Positions 30,051 through 40,486 of a stretch of 64,000 nucleotides of DNA are shown piece after piece. Each line of letters opens with the position of its first letter. Position 1 is the stretch's first letter. The stretch lies in NCBI GenBank assembly GCA_963772365.1, contig CAVYXA010000001.1, positions 800,001 to 864,000 on the forward strand. Reading direction: 5' to 3'. This stretch comes from an uncultured Verrucomicrobiae bacterium. Its GTDB lineage: Bacteria; Verrucomicrobiota; Verrucomicrobiia; Chthoniobacterales; UBA10450. Both the position numbers and the translations under genes were made by a program. The notes beneath the pieces were generated by a model that worked only from the letters and a program-made list of their open reading frames with translations, searched no databases and was not told the DNA's origin.

Positions 30051-32017
30051 GGTTTCGATCGACGCTCGGTTTCTTCCTCGGGCCGCTGTTGCTTGTCGGC
30101 CCGGTTGAAGCATTGACACCGAATGAGTGGAAACAGAGCCAGGCCATCGAAGTGCCGGCGGCAGGATTGATCCGGCTGAAACTTCCGCCCGAAACAATCG
30201 ACGCGGCGCGACCCGTTCTCGAAGATTTACGGATCATCGACAACGCAGGCGCTGAGGTACCTTACCTTGTCGATCGTCCGATGCCGCACGTGGTCTCGAT
30301 GGTGCGACCAAAGGAATTGCGTACCGAGCTCGAACCGCGAACGACCCGAATCATTCTGGCAACCGGAACGAACTTGTTGATCAAAGCCGTAGAGTTCGAG
30401 ACGCCGAGCGCGGAGTTCCTGAAGGCCGTGCAGGTAGAAGGTTCCCAAGATGGAACCAAATGGAACGAGCTCACTGGCAGTCAGCCAATCTTTCGAATGA
30501 CCGGTGGCGCCTCGAATCTGCGGGTCGCATTTCCTGAAGGCGCCTGGAATTTTTTGCGACTATCAATCAATGATAGCCGAACTGCCGCCGTGCCGTTCAC
30601 GGGAGTGCAGCTTGAGGTGACGGAACCGAATGCGCCGCCGGACGTCTTCAATGTTTCGATCAAGTCGTGCGATGAAAGCTTCGGCAAAACGCGGCTGGCG
30701 CTCGATCTGGGAGCATCAAAACTCAATGTCGCCGTGTTGCGCATCGAAGCGCAAGATCCGCTGTTCACTCGCGCGGTCACGATTGCTGTGCCCAACCTCG
30801 ATAACGATACGATCCGCGAACAAACGCTCAGTACCGGGTCGATTTACCGAATCGAGCTTAATGGAAAAGTAGAATCGCGCCTGGAGGTGCCGATTAATGC
30901 GCAGATTCGCAGCCGCCAGTTGATCGTATTGATCGACAACGGCGATAGTCCGCCGCTGGCCATCAAATCAATCGAAGGCGAGCGACGTATGCCAACTTTA
31001 GTTTTCCTCGCACGCGAGACCAGCCGTTACACATTGCTTTCCGGCAACAATCAATGTGCGGCGCCGCGTTATGATCTCGCGGGACTAACCGAGCAATTGA
31101 AAACTGCGACGGCGAAAGAATTGACGCCGTTGTCATTAGTCGCGAATGGCGATTACAAAGCACCGGACAATCTCGCGGCGGTCCCGTTGCAGGGCGCAAA
31201 GATCAATGTGACTGGCTGGAAGTTTCGCCGAGCAATTGCAGTAAAACAATCGGGGGCGCAACAAGTGGAGCTCGATCCAGATGTCCTGGCACATGCGGCC
31301 AGTGATTTGCGCGACCTGCGAGTTGTAACGGAGGATCGACAACTGCCGTATCTTCTGGAACGGACATCGATCTCTCGATCGATCCAGTTAGAGACAAAAT
31401 TGGTGAACGATCCCGAAAAACCGCGGGTCTCGCGATGGTCGTTGAAGTTGCCGCAACCGGGAATTCCAATTACTCGAGTCACTTGCACGCCCGCATCCGG
31501 TCTTTTTGAAAGAGACATGCGTCTCCAGGAAGAGGTGTCCACAGAGCGCGGCGATACTTATCCGCGCGAGCTCGGCCGAGCGAAATGGCAGCAGTTGCCT
31601 AACCAACCGACAAAGGAACTCTCGATTCGTCTCGATGCGACACCCGAAAGCGACACCCTGTTTCTGGAGACGGACAATGGCGACAATCCGGCCATCAATC
31701 TGCAGAATTTCCAGGCAGCTTATCCCGTCACGCGCGTCATATTCCGGACAGGCGCGTCGAACGAGCCGACATGGCTGTATTATGGCAACCCGGAAGCCGA
31801 CGCACCGCATTACGACGTGAGCCTGATCGCCGATCAACTCCTGCGCGCGGAACGCGTCACGCCCATGCTGCAACCGGAGCGGAGCACCGACTCAACAACG
31901 GCGCGAATTACGCAAACGCTCACGGGTTCTGCGCGCTACATTTTCTGGGGCGTTCTCGCAGTGGTGGTAATCGGGCTGTTGCTGCTCATCTCGCGATTGC
32001 TTCCGAAAACGCAATGA
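30047..32017 (+). CDS. DUF3999-like exported protein with a C-terminal anchor
   Basis: ATGA overlap with the upstream gene; two DLR..VPY/NGD..PxYD modules; C-terminal TM. Confidence 0.78.
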   Translation: MRFRSTLGFFLGPLLLVGPVEALTPNEWKQSQAIEVPAAGLIRLKLPPETIDAARPVLEDLRIIDNAGAEVPYLVDRPMPHVVSMVRPKELRTELEPRTTRIILATGTNLLIKAVEFETPSAEFLKAVQVEGSQDGTKWNELTGSQPIFRMTGGASNLRVAFPEGAWNFLRLSINDSRTAAVPFTGVQLEVTEPNAPPDVFNVSIKSCDESFGKTRLALDLGASKLNVAVLRIEAQDPLFTRAVTIAVPNLDNDTIREQTLSTGSIYRIELNGKVESRLEVPINAQIRSRQLIVLIDNGDSPPLAIKSIEGERRMPTLVFLARETSRYTLLSGNNQCAAPRYDLAGLTEQLKTATAKELTPLSLVANGDYKAPDNLAAVPLQGAKINVTGWKFRRAIAVKQSGAQQVELDPDVLAHAASDLRDLRVVTEDRQLPYLLERTSISRSIQLETKLVNDPEKPRVSRWSLKLPQPGIPITRVTCTPASGLFERDMRLQEEVSTERGDTYPRELGRAKWQQLPNQPTKELSIRLDATPESDTLFLETDNGDNPAINLQNFQAAYPVTRVIFRTGASNEPTWLYYGNPEADAPHYDVSLIADQLLRAERVTPMLQPERSTDSTTARITQTLTGSARYIFWGVLAVVVIGLLLLISRLLPKTQ

Positions 32018-33202
32018 TCAAGATCGGCGCAGAGTGAGGTGAATGACTTCCGCCGGTGCATTCACCCGCAACGGAAACCAATTCCCGACACCGTTAGACA
32101 CGATCAATGTGCTATCAGCGCGCTTGTACAGTCCCGACCAGTATCGAAAAATAGCAGGTCCAAATCCGAGTTGTTCGTTCAACATCAATTGTCCGCCGTG
32201 GGTATGACCGGAAAGGGTCAGCGGCATGCCGGCGTCAGCCGCGGCATCGAATGCATGCGGATGATGCGCGAGCAGAATCGGAAAAACATCCGGTTGTCGT
32301 TGTTCCAGCAGTCTGCGAACGGCGCGTGAAATTTCCTGGTCATGATCTTTCTCGTGATGACGTGTCCAGCTCAGACCGAGTAATTGAACGGGCACACCGC
32401 GAATCGTGACGATCGCGGATTCGTCCAGAAGAAACGGAATACCCGACGCTTTGACGCGGCGTTCGAATTCCGGGCCGTTCTCGATGAGGTCATGATTTCC
32501 CTCGATCAGATACAACCCGAGACGCGGATCGATCGCTCGAACCAAGTCCAGACCTTCATCCAACGCGCTCAATGCGTCGTTAATCAGATCGCCAGTAAGC
32601 AGAATCAGGTCGGGGCGCATTTCATTTACCGCTGCAACCATGTCGCGCAGCACACGTCCGGAAGTGAACCGGCCCACATGCATGTCGCTGACTTGCGCAA
32701 TGGTGAGTCCATCAAGATCGCGCGGCAAATCGCGGATCGGCACGACGAAACGCCGAACTCGGAAGCGATTCAGTTGGCCAAGCGCGATGCCGGTCAGACT
32801 AAAAGTTAAAACTGGCGGCAGAAGCGCCGCAGTCACACCAAGAAAATCACGCCGGGTGTAGTCGCTCCGATCCTGAATCGATTGTTTCTCGACCGGCCGA
32901 TGCGGTACGAATTTTTGGACAAGCAACAGCGGCACGAACACGATCGCGAGGATCGACAGCAGACCTAGCCCGACGAAATGCCAGATAAAAATGGCGGACG
33001 TCGCAAACTTCGGCAGCAACCGGTCCCAACCGGTTTGCAAAAAGCGGCCCGCGATCAGCCACGTTAATCCCGCGAGCTGAGCGATCATAAAGATGGAAAG
33101 GACAATCCGGGCCCAGTTACGCGTGGTCGCGTGCGCCAGCACGATCCACCAAATGATGTCCAGTGCCAGCATCGATCCGATGATGGTTAAAATGAAACCC
33201 AC
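32018..33202 (-). CDS. Membrane metallophosphoesterase (YkuE-like)
   Basis: SDMH, GDLIN, GNHD, GHTHGGQ. Confidence 0.92.
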   Translation of the reverse strand: MGFILTIIGSMLALDIIWWIVLAHATTRNWARIVLSIFMIAQLAGLTWLIAGRFLQTGWDRLLPKFATSAIFIWHFVGLGLLSILAIVFVPLLLVQKFVPHRPVEKQSIQDRSDYTRRDFLGVTAALLPPVLTFSLTGIALGQLNRFRVRRFVVPIRDLPRDLDGLTIAQVSDMHVGRFTSGRVLRDMVAAVNEMRPDLILLTGDLINDALSALDEGLDLVRAIDPRLGLYLIEGNHDLIENGPEFERRVKASGIPFLLDESAIVTIRGVPVQLLGLSWTRHHEKDHDQEISRAVRRLLEQRQPDVFPILLAHHPHAFDAAADAGMPLTLSGHTHGGQLMLNEQLGFGPAIFRYWSGLYKRADSTLIVSNGVGNWFPLRVNAPAEVIHLTLRRS

Positions 33203-33295
33203 AATCCCAACTTAATCCGTTCAAGAACGCTTGTCGTCCGAACACTGGGCGTGCACTCACTGAAGGTCGGGTTTTGAAACATGCTACGAAGGAAG

Positions 33296-33442
33296 CCCTC
33301 ACTAGCGCTTCGCGTCCGTCTCTCCCGGTGGGAGAGAATGGGACAACGCCATCATTACGACGATGCGGCCAATCGCGAGTAACGCGATCCACCGAGGACT
33401 CTTCTTCCTCTCCCTCGCAGGGAGAGGATTGGGGTGAAGGTC
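33296..33442. repeat. CCCTCAC..CTCTCCC..GGGAGAG palindromic repeat pair (family F)
   Basis: Two inverted hairpin units in the intergenic gap. Confidence 0.7.
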
Positions 33443-33497
33443 CGTGCTACTCTTTCCCGCGGATGACCTGTCTATCTGTGACACGGCTATAACTCAA

Positions 33498-34643
33498 ATG
33501 ACCATTTTTCTCGGTTGCGGTTTTGCGGCGAAATATCTCCAGGGCGGTGGAAATTTCTCGGTTCCATTGCAATGGATGCTCGGATTGCGACGGCTGAAAC
33601 TGGATGCGATCTGGCTTGAGATCCTTCCGGCTGAAAAGAATTCCCGCGATGACCAGCGCAAGATCGACAATTTCCAGCGACAGTTGCGGCAACATGGATT
33701 GACCGGGCGCTATTGTTTGCTTTATCAAAATCCGCGCGCCGGCATTCACGAACTCGAATCGATGCGCTGTCTCGGCATGTCCAGACGCGAGCTTCTGGCG
33801 CGCCTGGCCGGGCCGACCACGTTGCTCAATCTGAGCTATTCAATTCATCCACCTTTGCTGCTTCAGTTTGAGCGCCGGATTTTTTGCGATCTGGACCCGA
33901 GCGAAATTTTTTTCTGGATGACCAGGATGGAAATGGGCCAGTCGTATCACGATGAGTTCTGGACAATAGGGCTGAATGCCAACGCTAAGGATTGCGGAAT
34001 GCCGCGATCGCCACTCAAATGGAAAACATTTTTTCCGCTAGCGGATAGGAAATTGTATCAGCGTCGCCCGCGCCCGCGCGAACCGAAGTTTACTACGATC
34101 GGTCAATGGTATTGGAGCGGAGCGATTGAGGTGGGCGGCATATTTCCCGATCTCTCGAAGAAACAGGCGTTCGAACAATATCTCGATCTTCCCTGCCGAG
34201 TGCCGACTGGAAAGTTTGAACTAGCGATGAACATGAGCGCAGATGACCCGGAGCGAGAGCGCCTCACGGGACGCGGATGGCGAGTTGTCGATCCTCATCA
34301 CGTTGCACGAACGCCGGCCATTTACCGCCGCTATTTAGCGTCGGCACTGGGCGAATTCACTGCCATCAAAGGCGTGGATGTGGCCTGGCAAACTGGGTGG
34401 CTCAGCGATCGGGCTGCCGCTTTCCTTGCGCTTGGTCGCCCGGTCATCACTGAAGATACAGGTGCAGGAAAATATCTGCCGGCGGAAAGCGGATTCCGAT
34501 TTATCCGAAACGCCGATCAAGCCGAAGCCGCGGTGAAAGAGATCGTTCGCGACTGGCCCCGATTGTCCCGGCAGGCACGAGCCTGCGCGGTGGAAGTGTT
34601 CGATTCGGTCCGAAATCTGAAGAGAATTCTCGATCTCCGATAA
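33498..34643 (+). CDS. Putative GT-B glycosyltransferase-like protein
   Basis: GWLSDRAAAFLALGRPVITEDTG nucleotide-sugar-type motif; DLDP. Confidence 0.65.
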   Translation: MTIFLGCGFAAKYLQGGGNFSVPLQWMLGLRRLKLDAIWLEILPAEKNSRDDQRKIDNFQRQLRQHGLTGRYCLLYQNPRAGIHELESMRCLGMSRRELLARLAGPTTLLNLSYSIHPPLLLQFERRIFCDLDPSEIFFWMTRMEMGQSYHDEFWTIGLNANAKDCGMPRSPLKWKTFFPLADRKLYQRRPRPREPKFTTIGQWYWSGAIEVGGIFPDLSKKQAFEQYLDLPCRVPTGKFELAMNMSADDPERERLTGRGWRVVDPHHVARTPAIYRRYLASALGEFTAIKGVDVAWQTGWLSDRAAAFLALGRPVITEDTGAGKYLPAESGFRFIRNADQAEAAVKEIVRDWPRLSRQARACAVEVFDSVRNLKRILDLR

Positions 34644-34860
34644 GTGGATCGGCTCGCTGCGGCGAGACGATGCTAATTCCATCGCCGCAGGGCGCTAATC
34701 TTTTACTCTTCGTGGCGAAACATAAATATTAGCTGCGCCTTCGGCGCACTTGTTTGCCAACGCGTTGAGGATAGCGCGTCCATCTTACATCTCCGCCCCC
34801 AAAAAGACCGCTCGATTTCACGTTGCAAAACGTTTTTCGGGTGATAGTCGTTGTGCCGTT

Positions 34861-35145
34861 ATGGCTGACTTGATCAAAGCAAGCGAGCTCAAGGAGCGCA
34901 TGAAGAAAATCCCGGAATGGGAGCTGGAGAAAAAGCACATCGAACGCACGTTCGAGTTCGACGATTTCGCCGACGCCGTCGATTTCGTGAATGCTGTGGC
35001 CGAGGTGGCTGACGACGAAGAACATCATCCCGACATCGACATCCGGTACAACAAAGTACGCCTCGTGCTCTCTACTCACAGCAAAGGCGGCCTGACCGAG
35101 CTCGATTTCGCTCTGGCGGAGCGAATCGATACGCTATCGGAGTGA
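34861..35145 (+). CDS. Pterin-4-alpha-carbinolamine dehydratase
   Basis: EEHHPDIDIRY, STHSKGGLTELD. Confidence 0.93.
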   Translation: MADLIKASELKERMKKIPEWELEKKHIERTFEFDDFADAVDFVNAVAEVADDEEHHPDIDIRYNKVRLVLSTHSKGGLTELDFALAERIDTLSE

Positions 35146-35160
35146 GCCCGTGCCACTCTT

Positions 35161-35284
35161 GTCATTCTGAGGGCAGCGAAGAATCTACGGTCACGGGAGT
35201 AAAGGTTCTTCTCGCAAGAATTAGTCAGAGATGTTTCGCTTCGCTCAATTCGCCACAGGACGAATCCGCCGTGGCGGACATGAC
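35161..35284. repeat. Family A repeat with a nested family C repeat
   Basis: GTCATTCTGAG...GCTCAA[TTCGCCACAGGACGAATCCGCCGTGGCGGA]CATGAC. Confidence 0.8.
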
Positions 35285-35293
35285 AAGGCGTTT

Positions 35294-35428
35294 ATGGTGA
35301 GAAATCGGGCGCTTCGATTTTGGGTCGCGACCATCTTAACCATTCTGCTCGTGATCGCGGTCTGGAAATTCATCGACTGGCGAATGCAGCCGCCGCCGCC
35401 GCCAAATCCGGTGATCAAAAATCACTGA
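35294..35428 (+). CDS. Small single-TM protein (44 aa)
   Basis: Basic N-terminus, hydrophobic helix, poly-Pro tail. Confidence 0.5.
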   Translation: MVRNRALRFWVATILTILLVIAVWKFIDWRMQPPPPPNPVIKNH

Positions 35429-35859
35429 TCCGTTCGGACCTTGCGGCCCTCGTCCGCGTCGATGTAGGAAAACATTGTTTCGATCTCGGAACGGCCGGCC
35501 ATTCCCGATTCTTTTTTCCGGCGCTTCAGTGTTTCGGTGAGCTCGTCGTTCCAGCCGCGTTTTCGCATGAATTCGTTCCAGACGTAAATCTCGTCATCGG
35601 ACGGACGGCGGCCCGTTTCAAAACACCAATGCAAAATCTCGTCGTCGCTCCCGCCCTTTTTCGCACGATCGGCGAGCTGATCGTAATTGACCTTTAGAAA
35701 TCGGATGCAGCTTGCGTCGAAACCGCGGCCAAGGTTCGCCTGATATTCCTCCGGCAGTTCGCCTTTTTCGTGGGCCCGAATTTTATCGAGCATGCGGGCA
35801 AAATAGACCAGGCCACCTGTCCTTACGTAAGGACTCCGCAGATTAGGCCGAGGCATCAT
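35422..35859 (-). CDS. DUF5069-like protein
   Basis: LRSPY..GGLVYFARMLDKIR; C-terminal IDADEGR. Confidence 0.8.
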   Translation of the reverse strand: MMPRPNLRSPYVRTGGLVYFARMLDKIRAHEKGELPEEYQANLGRGFDASCIRFLKVNYDQLADRAKKGGSDDEILHWCFETGRRPSDDEIYVWNEFMRKRGWNDELTETLKRRKKESGMAGRSEIETMFSYIDADEGRKVRTDQ

Positions 35860-36048
35860 GCTGAGCCAGTTTGACCAATTTTCGGTTTTGTTTCAAGGGT
35901 TGTGAATAAGTCAGCGGGTTGCCTAGTCCGAGCGCCCCGCCACACACGGCGCAAAAGCCGAAGCAGAGAAGCCGGCTTTTATTCACATCCCTCGGAGAGG
36001 CCGATCCACCTTTTTCAATTGGAGTGGCGCGCTGATTATCGGCCCTAA

Positions 36049-36158
36049 AAAGCGATGCGAGGACGCATCGCACTCCAAAGCACTTCGTGCAAAACTGCAT
36101 GTGCGGCAATTTTCTTTTCGCGAAGTTTTCGGACTGCGATGCGTCCTCGCGTCGCTTT
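36049..36158. repeat. REP-like AAAGCG..CGCACTCCAAA inverted pair (family E)
   Basis: Arms at 36049-36094 and 36115-36158; related copy at 47610-47722. Confidence 0.75.
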
Positions 36159-36244
36159 CTTTCGGCTCGAATTGGTCGATCAGAATCTTCGTGGCCCGGT
36201 TTTTGCCTTAGCCATTTACTGGTTTCGGTGCGTTAGTTAATTTC

Positions 36245-37666
36245 GTGGATCGGATCGTAGGGATAGAGACTGAGTATGGTTGCCTGCTGAGCGATGACGA
36301 ACCGCACGGCAATTCCGATCTCTGGCCGGCCAAGGTCAAAAATTACCTGTTTCGGAAAGCCGCTGCCGGAACGATCGATTTGCATTATCGCGATTACGAG
36401 GAACCCCCAGGCAACGGCGGCTTTCTTCTTAACGGCGGTCGTCTCTACCTCGACATGGGCCACATTGAGTACGCGTCGCCGGAATGTTTGCATCTGCACG
36501 ATCTGGTCGCTTATGACCTAGCCGGCGATCAGTTACTTCAATCATCGCTGGCTGCTTTAGGCGCGGACGATCGGGTGTCGTTCATCAAGAACAATGTCGA
36601 TCATCACACTGGCGCAACATTTGGTTGCCACGAGAATTATTTGATGAAACGCGAGGCGCAATTCACGCCGCCGATTCTCGGAACGCTCCTTACGTTTCTG
36701 GCCACGCGACAGATTTTCACCGGCGCAGGCAGAGTCGGCCAGGCCAATCCGCTGGCGTTCGATTTTGAACCACCGCAGCCCGAAGCACAGATTCAGTTTC
36801 AACTGAGCCAGCGAGCCGATCACATCGTCAACGACATTTATCAATGGGTGCAGTTCAATCGCGCCATCATCAACGCCCGGGATGAACCTTTGGCCGATTA
36901 TCGCAAGTATCGCCGGCTCCACTTGCTAATCGGCGACTCGAACATGAGTCCGTTCGCCACGGCACTGAAGATCGGCACTACGGTTTGCGTGCTGGCGTTG
37001 CTCGAAGAAGGCCGATTGCCCCGCAACCTCATCCTGGCGGATGCAGTCCAAAGCACACGCGATATTTCCCGCGATTCGTCGCTCCGCTGGATTGTCGATC
37101 TTGAAAACGGGAAAGCCATCGGCGCGCTCGACGTCCAATGGCATTTCTATGATCTGGCTCAGAAACATCTGCGCGGTTCCAGCGCCGAGACGGACTGGCT
37201 GCTGGAGAGTTGGAGCTTTACTCTCGAAGCGCTCGAGCAAAATCGACAATCGCTCATCGGCGGAGTCGATTGGATCACGAAAAAATGGTTGCTCGACACC
37301 CTGATCGAATCCGAAGGCTTAAGCTGGGACGACCCCTGGCTGCAAAGTGTCGATCTCGAGTATCACAACATCAACCCTGAGCGAGGTTTGTTTTTCGGTG
37401 TGACGCCTGGAAAGAGAATTGGCGAATGGAATAATTACGTGCACCGCGCCGACGCGACGCTCACCCCGCCACAAAATACTCGAGCGGCCGGGCGAGCGCT
37501 CGCCGTAGCTGCATTTCAAAAACGCGATCTGCCTTATGTCATCAACTGGGACTCGATCGCCTGTGATAGCCGCGATTTTCTCGTAATGGGAGATCCATTC
37601 CAGAGCTATACCGACGAGGTGGAAAAATTCCTGGCAGGCGCACGTCCCCCAGATCCCGAAGCGTGA
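36245..37666 (+). CDS. Pup ligase/deamidase (PafA/Dop) family protein
   Basis: GIETEYG, NGGRLYLD..HIEYASPEC, KNNVD..GCHENYL, RAIINARDEP, RRLHLLIGDSNMS, DLEYH. Confidence 0.93.
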   Translation: MDRIVGIETEYGCLLSDDEPHGNSDLWPAKVKNYLFRKAAAGTIDLHYRDYEEPPGNGGFLLNGGRLYLDMGHIEYASPECLHLHDLVAYDLAGDQLLQSSLAALGADDRVSFIKNNVDHHTGATFGCHENYLMKREAQFTPPILGTLLTFLATRQIFTGAGRVGQANPLAFDFEPPQPEAQIQFQLSQRADHIVNDIYQWVQFNRAIINARDEPLADYRKYRRLHLLIGDSNMSPFATALKIGTTVCVLALLEEGRLPRNLILADAVQSTRDISRDSSLRWIVDLENGKAIGALDVQWHFYDLAQKHLRGSSAETDWLLESWSFTLEALEQNRQSLIGGVDWITKKWLLDTLIESEGLSWDDPWLQSVDLEYHNINPERGLFFGVTPGKRIGEWNNYVHRADATLTPPQNTRAAGRALAVAAFQKRDLPYVINWDSIACDSRDFLVMGDPFQSYTDEVEKFLAGARPPDPEA

Positions 37667-37817
37667 TACGCAGCCCAAAGTTTTGCTTCCGGAAATGCGG
37701 TCGCATTCGCTTAGCAGTTCACTCCATTCTAGTTAGGCAGTGAAAAGCCAAACGAATCAGGCATTTGATAAATCTTGACTCGCTTCTGCTATTCACCGCA
37801 GTCTCAGAGGCAAAGCG

Positions 37818-40346
37818 ATGAAAAAACACATTAATCTCAGCATCGAAGCGTATCTTCTGCAAGGCGCCTTTTACTCACTTTTGCTTTTGGCTGCTTGCGC
37901 AATTTCATTCGCGCTGGCGCAGGAAAACAGTGCCAATCACGGCGGCGCGAAGCATGCGACGCTAGCAAAGCCAGGAAAGCAGCTCACAAACAAAGCAGAC
38001 AGCACAGCACAACGCTTCACACCTACTGCATCAGCAGACGCCGCTCCACCGGGGCACGCTTCGAAACCGCTGGTTCAGACCCCGAGAACGGAGACTCCGG
38101 TGAGCCTCTCCGCCACCGGCACCAGTAACCTCTGCCCCGAAGGTTGGAATACATCGACCACTGGCCCCCCGGAACGCTATCGTGGGGGCGCCTGCACCGA
38201 CGGAACCTTCGTTTATGTTTACGGCGGTAGTGACAGCGGCGCCAATTACCTGAACGATCTGTGGCGCTGGAATCCGGCAACGGAGACTTGGACACAGTTG
38301 GCCAACATGCCAACCGGCAAACAAAATATTCAAGGGGCGTATTGGAACGGGAAGATATATGTTCCGGGCGGTTACACCGGCACTCATATTACCGAGAACG
38401 CTATCTACAACGTGGCTACCAATACCTGGACAACTGGCGCACCTCTGCCGAATCCACAGACCGGAGCCAATGTGGCTTTCAACGGTAAGATTTACAATTT
38501 TGGTGGCAATCCTGGGCCCCTAGACACAGTCACTATATACAACATAGCGTCCAACACATGGACCACGGGCGCCTCGATGCCTGTTGCCATCAGCTATGGT
38601 CGCGCCGCCGTTGCTGGTAATTTTGCCTATTATGCGGGCGGAATCACTTCAACCACGGTGGTCAACACCCTTTATCGCTATAATTTCGCAGCCAATTCCT
38701 GGGCAACAATGAGCCCGCTCCAAACGGCGCGCACCAGCGAGGAACTAATGACATCTCCCGGTGGCGACAAGCTCTATGCCGTAATGGGTGGGGACGCGTC
38801 CTTCTTTACTGGCGTCCCGTTGGAACAGTCAGTGGAAATTTATGATATTGCCAGTGACGGCTGGAGCTATGGGGTTCCTGTCGTGACCAAGGCCGCGGCC
38901 CCGGCAGGCGGATTGGCTCGCGGCAAGGCGATGGTGCAGGGAGGCGTAGATGGCGCGACCTACTACGACACCGTCCAAGTTTCCCTGGTTATGCTGTGTG
39001 GTGGTTGCGAATATGGATTCAGGACGGGCACCGATTCGATCGTGCCGGGTAACAGCGATATTGGTAGTCACTGTGACGACTGTGACACGATGATAGCTCT
39101 TCCGTTCTCCTTTGAATTGTATGACCAGACCTTCAACGCGGTAAATGTAAGTTCGAATGGACGTCTGGACTTCGTAACCGCCAACGAACCCGGCGGCTTT
39201 GCGTCACAGTGCCTGCCCGCGTCGCCTAACCAAGGGCCCTATGACTACACCATCTTTCCTCTCTGGAGCGATTATCACACCGGCATAGTGGGAGAGGGTT
39301 GCACAAACTTCGCCACAGGCTGTGGTGTGTTTACCTCGGTGTCGGGCACGGCGCCCAACCGCATTTTTAACATCGAATGGCGCGTCGTCTATTTTGCGGA
39401 TCACAATCAGACGGCGAATTTTGAGGTTCGCTTGTACGAGAACAATCCTAACAAGCGGTTTGATGTAATCTTCGGCACCGTCCAACCGGGAAGCGACCAA
39501 CTTTATGGCTCTGGCGTGCAGGGTCCCCTCTGGGGCTTTACCGAGGACTTCTGCGATGTGAATCCCCCATCCGCAGGGTCACGTACTTACGCCTGCGCGG
39601 GCCCACCGACTGATTTCAATCGCGATGCCTATTCAGATTTAGTCCTGTACAATACTGGCACCCGTCAAACAGCGATCTGGTTTTTGACCAATAGCAGCTT
39701 TGCCGGGAGTTCCTACGGTCCAACTCCTCCACCCGGGTGGAACGTCGTTGATGTGGCCGATTTTGACGGAGACGGAAATTCTGATTACGCCTTGTTTAAC
39801 CCGACTACACGGCAGACAGCGATCTGGTATCTGTCCGGCACCAACTTTAGCGGCAGCTCTTATGGACCGACTCCGCCGAATGGCTGGGCTCTGGTGGCAG
39901 TTTCTGATTTGAACCACGACGGTCACCCGGATTTTGTTCTGTACAATGCGACGACGCGACGAACAGCCATCTGGTTTTTGAATAATAATTCCTTCACTGG
40001 TTCCAGTTATGGACCAACACCACCGCCGGGTTGGCTCGTGGCAGGTGTGGGAGATTTTAACCGCGATAGGAATCCGGATTACGTGTTGTTCAATGCCAGT
40101 ACTCGCCAGTCGGCAATCTGGTATCTAAGTGGAACGTCTTTTATCAGCAGTGCCTATGGGCCGACCATCGCCCCCGCCTACCAGTTGATCGGTGTGGCCG
40201 ATTTCAACCTGGATCGAAACCCCGACTATCTGTTGTTCAAAGCAACGACCCGACAGACTGCGATCTGGTATTTGAACAACAACAGCTTTGCCGGCAGCGC
40301 CTATGGGCCGACACCTCCGTCGGGCTGGGTCGTGGTTGCACCGTAA
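37818..40346 (+). CDS. Secreted modular protein: Kelch repeats, a Cys-containing middle domain and five FG-GAP-like repeats
   Basis: IYVPGG/IYNFGG Kelch blades; five DFNxD..DYxLFN..TRQTAIWYL repeats. Confidence 0.9.
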   Translation: MKKHINLSIEAYLLQGAFYSLLLLAACAISFALAQENSANHGGAKHATLAKPGKQLTNKADSTAQRFTPTASADAAPPGHASKPLVQTPRTETPVSLSATGTSNLCPEGWNTSTTGPPERYRGGACTDGTFVYVYGGSDSGANYLNDLWRWNPATETWTQLANMPTGKQNIQGAYWNGKIYVPGGYTGTHITENAIYNVATNTWTTGAPLPNPQTGANVAFNGKIYNFGGNPGPLDTVTIYNIASNTWTTGASMPVAISYGRAAVAGNFAYYAGGITSTTVVNTLYRYNFAANSWATMSPLQTARTSEELMTSPGGDKLYAVMGGDASFFTGVPLEQSVEIYDIASDGWSYGVPVVTKAAAPAGGLARGKAMVQGGVDGATYYDTVQVSLVMLCGGCEYGFRTGTDSIVPGNSDIGSHCDDCDTMIALPFSFELYDQTFNAVNVSSNGRLDFVTANEPGGFASQCLPASPNQGPYDYTIFPLWSDYHTGIVGEGCTNFATGCGVFTSVSGTAPNRIFNIEWRVVYFADHNQTANFEVRLYENNPNKRFDVIFGTVQPGSDQLYGSGVQGPLWGFTEDFCDVNPPSAGSRTYACAGPPTDFNRDAYSDLVLYNTGTRQTAIWFLTNSSFAGSSYGPTPPPGWNVVDVADFDGDGNSDYALFNPTTRQTAIWYLSGTNFSGSSYGPTPPNGWALVAVSDLNHDGHPDFVLYNATTRRTAIWFLNNNSFTGSSYGPTPPPGWLVAGVGDFNRDRNPDYVLFNASTRQSAIWYLSGTSFISSAYGPTIAPAYQLIGVADFNLDRNPDYLLFKATTRQTAIWYLNNNSFAGSAYGPTPPSGWVVVAP

Positions 40347-40486
40347 TATTGATCCCAATGCGTGGCATCGTCACGGTCTTATCGCCGTGACGATTGCCAC
40401 GCGACATTTCTAAAGATTTTTCCAGCGGATCATGCGTCCGCCAGTGCCTCCACCGACGGCAAATAGTCCAGAGTAAACCGAGAGAA

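Noticed and set aside
39610..40340. DNA-level tandem repeats of about 147 bp as a non-coding array
   Set aside because: They are explained by the FG-GAP-like protein repeats with synonymous divergence.
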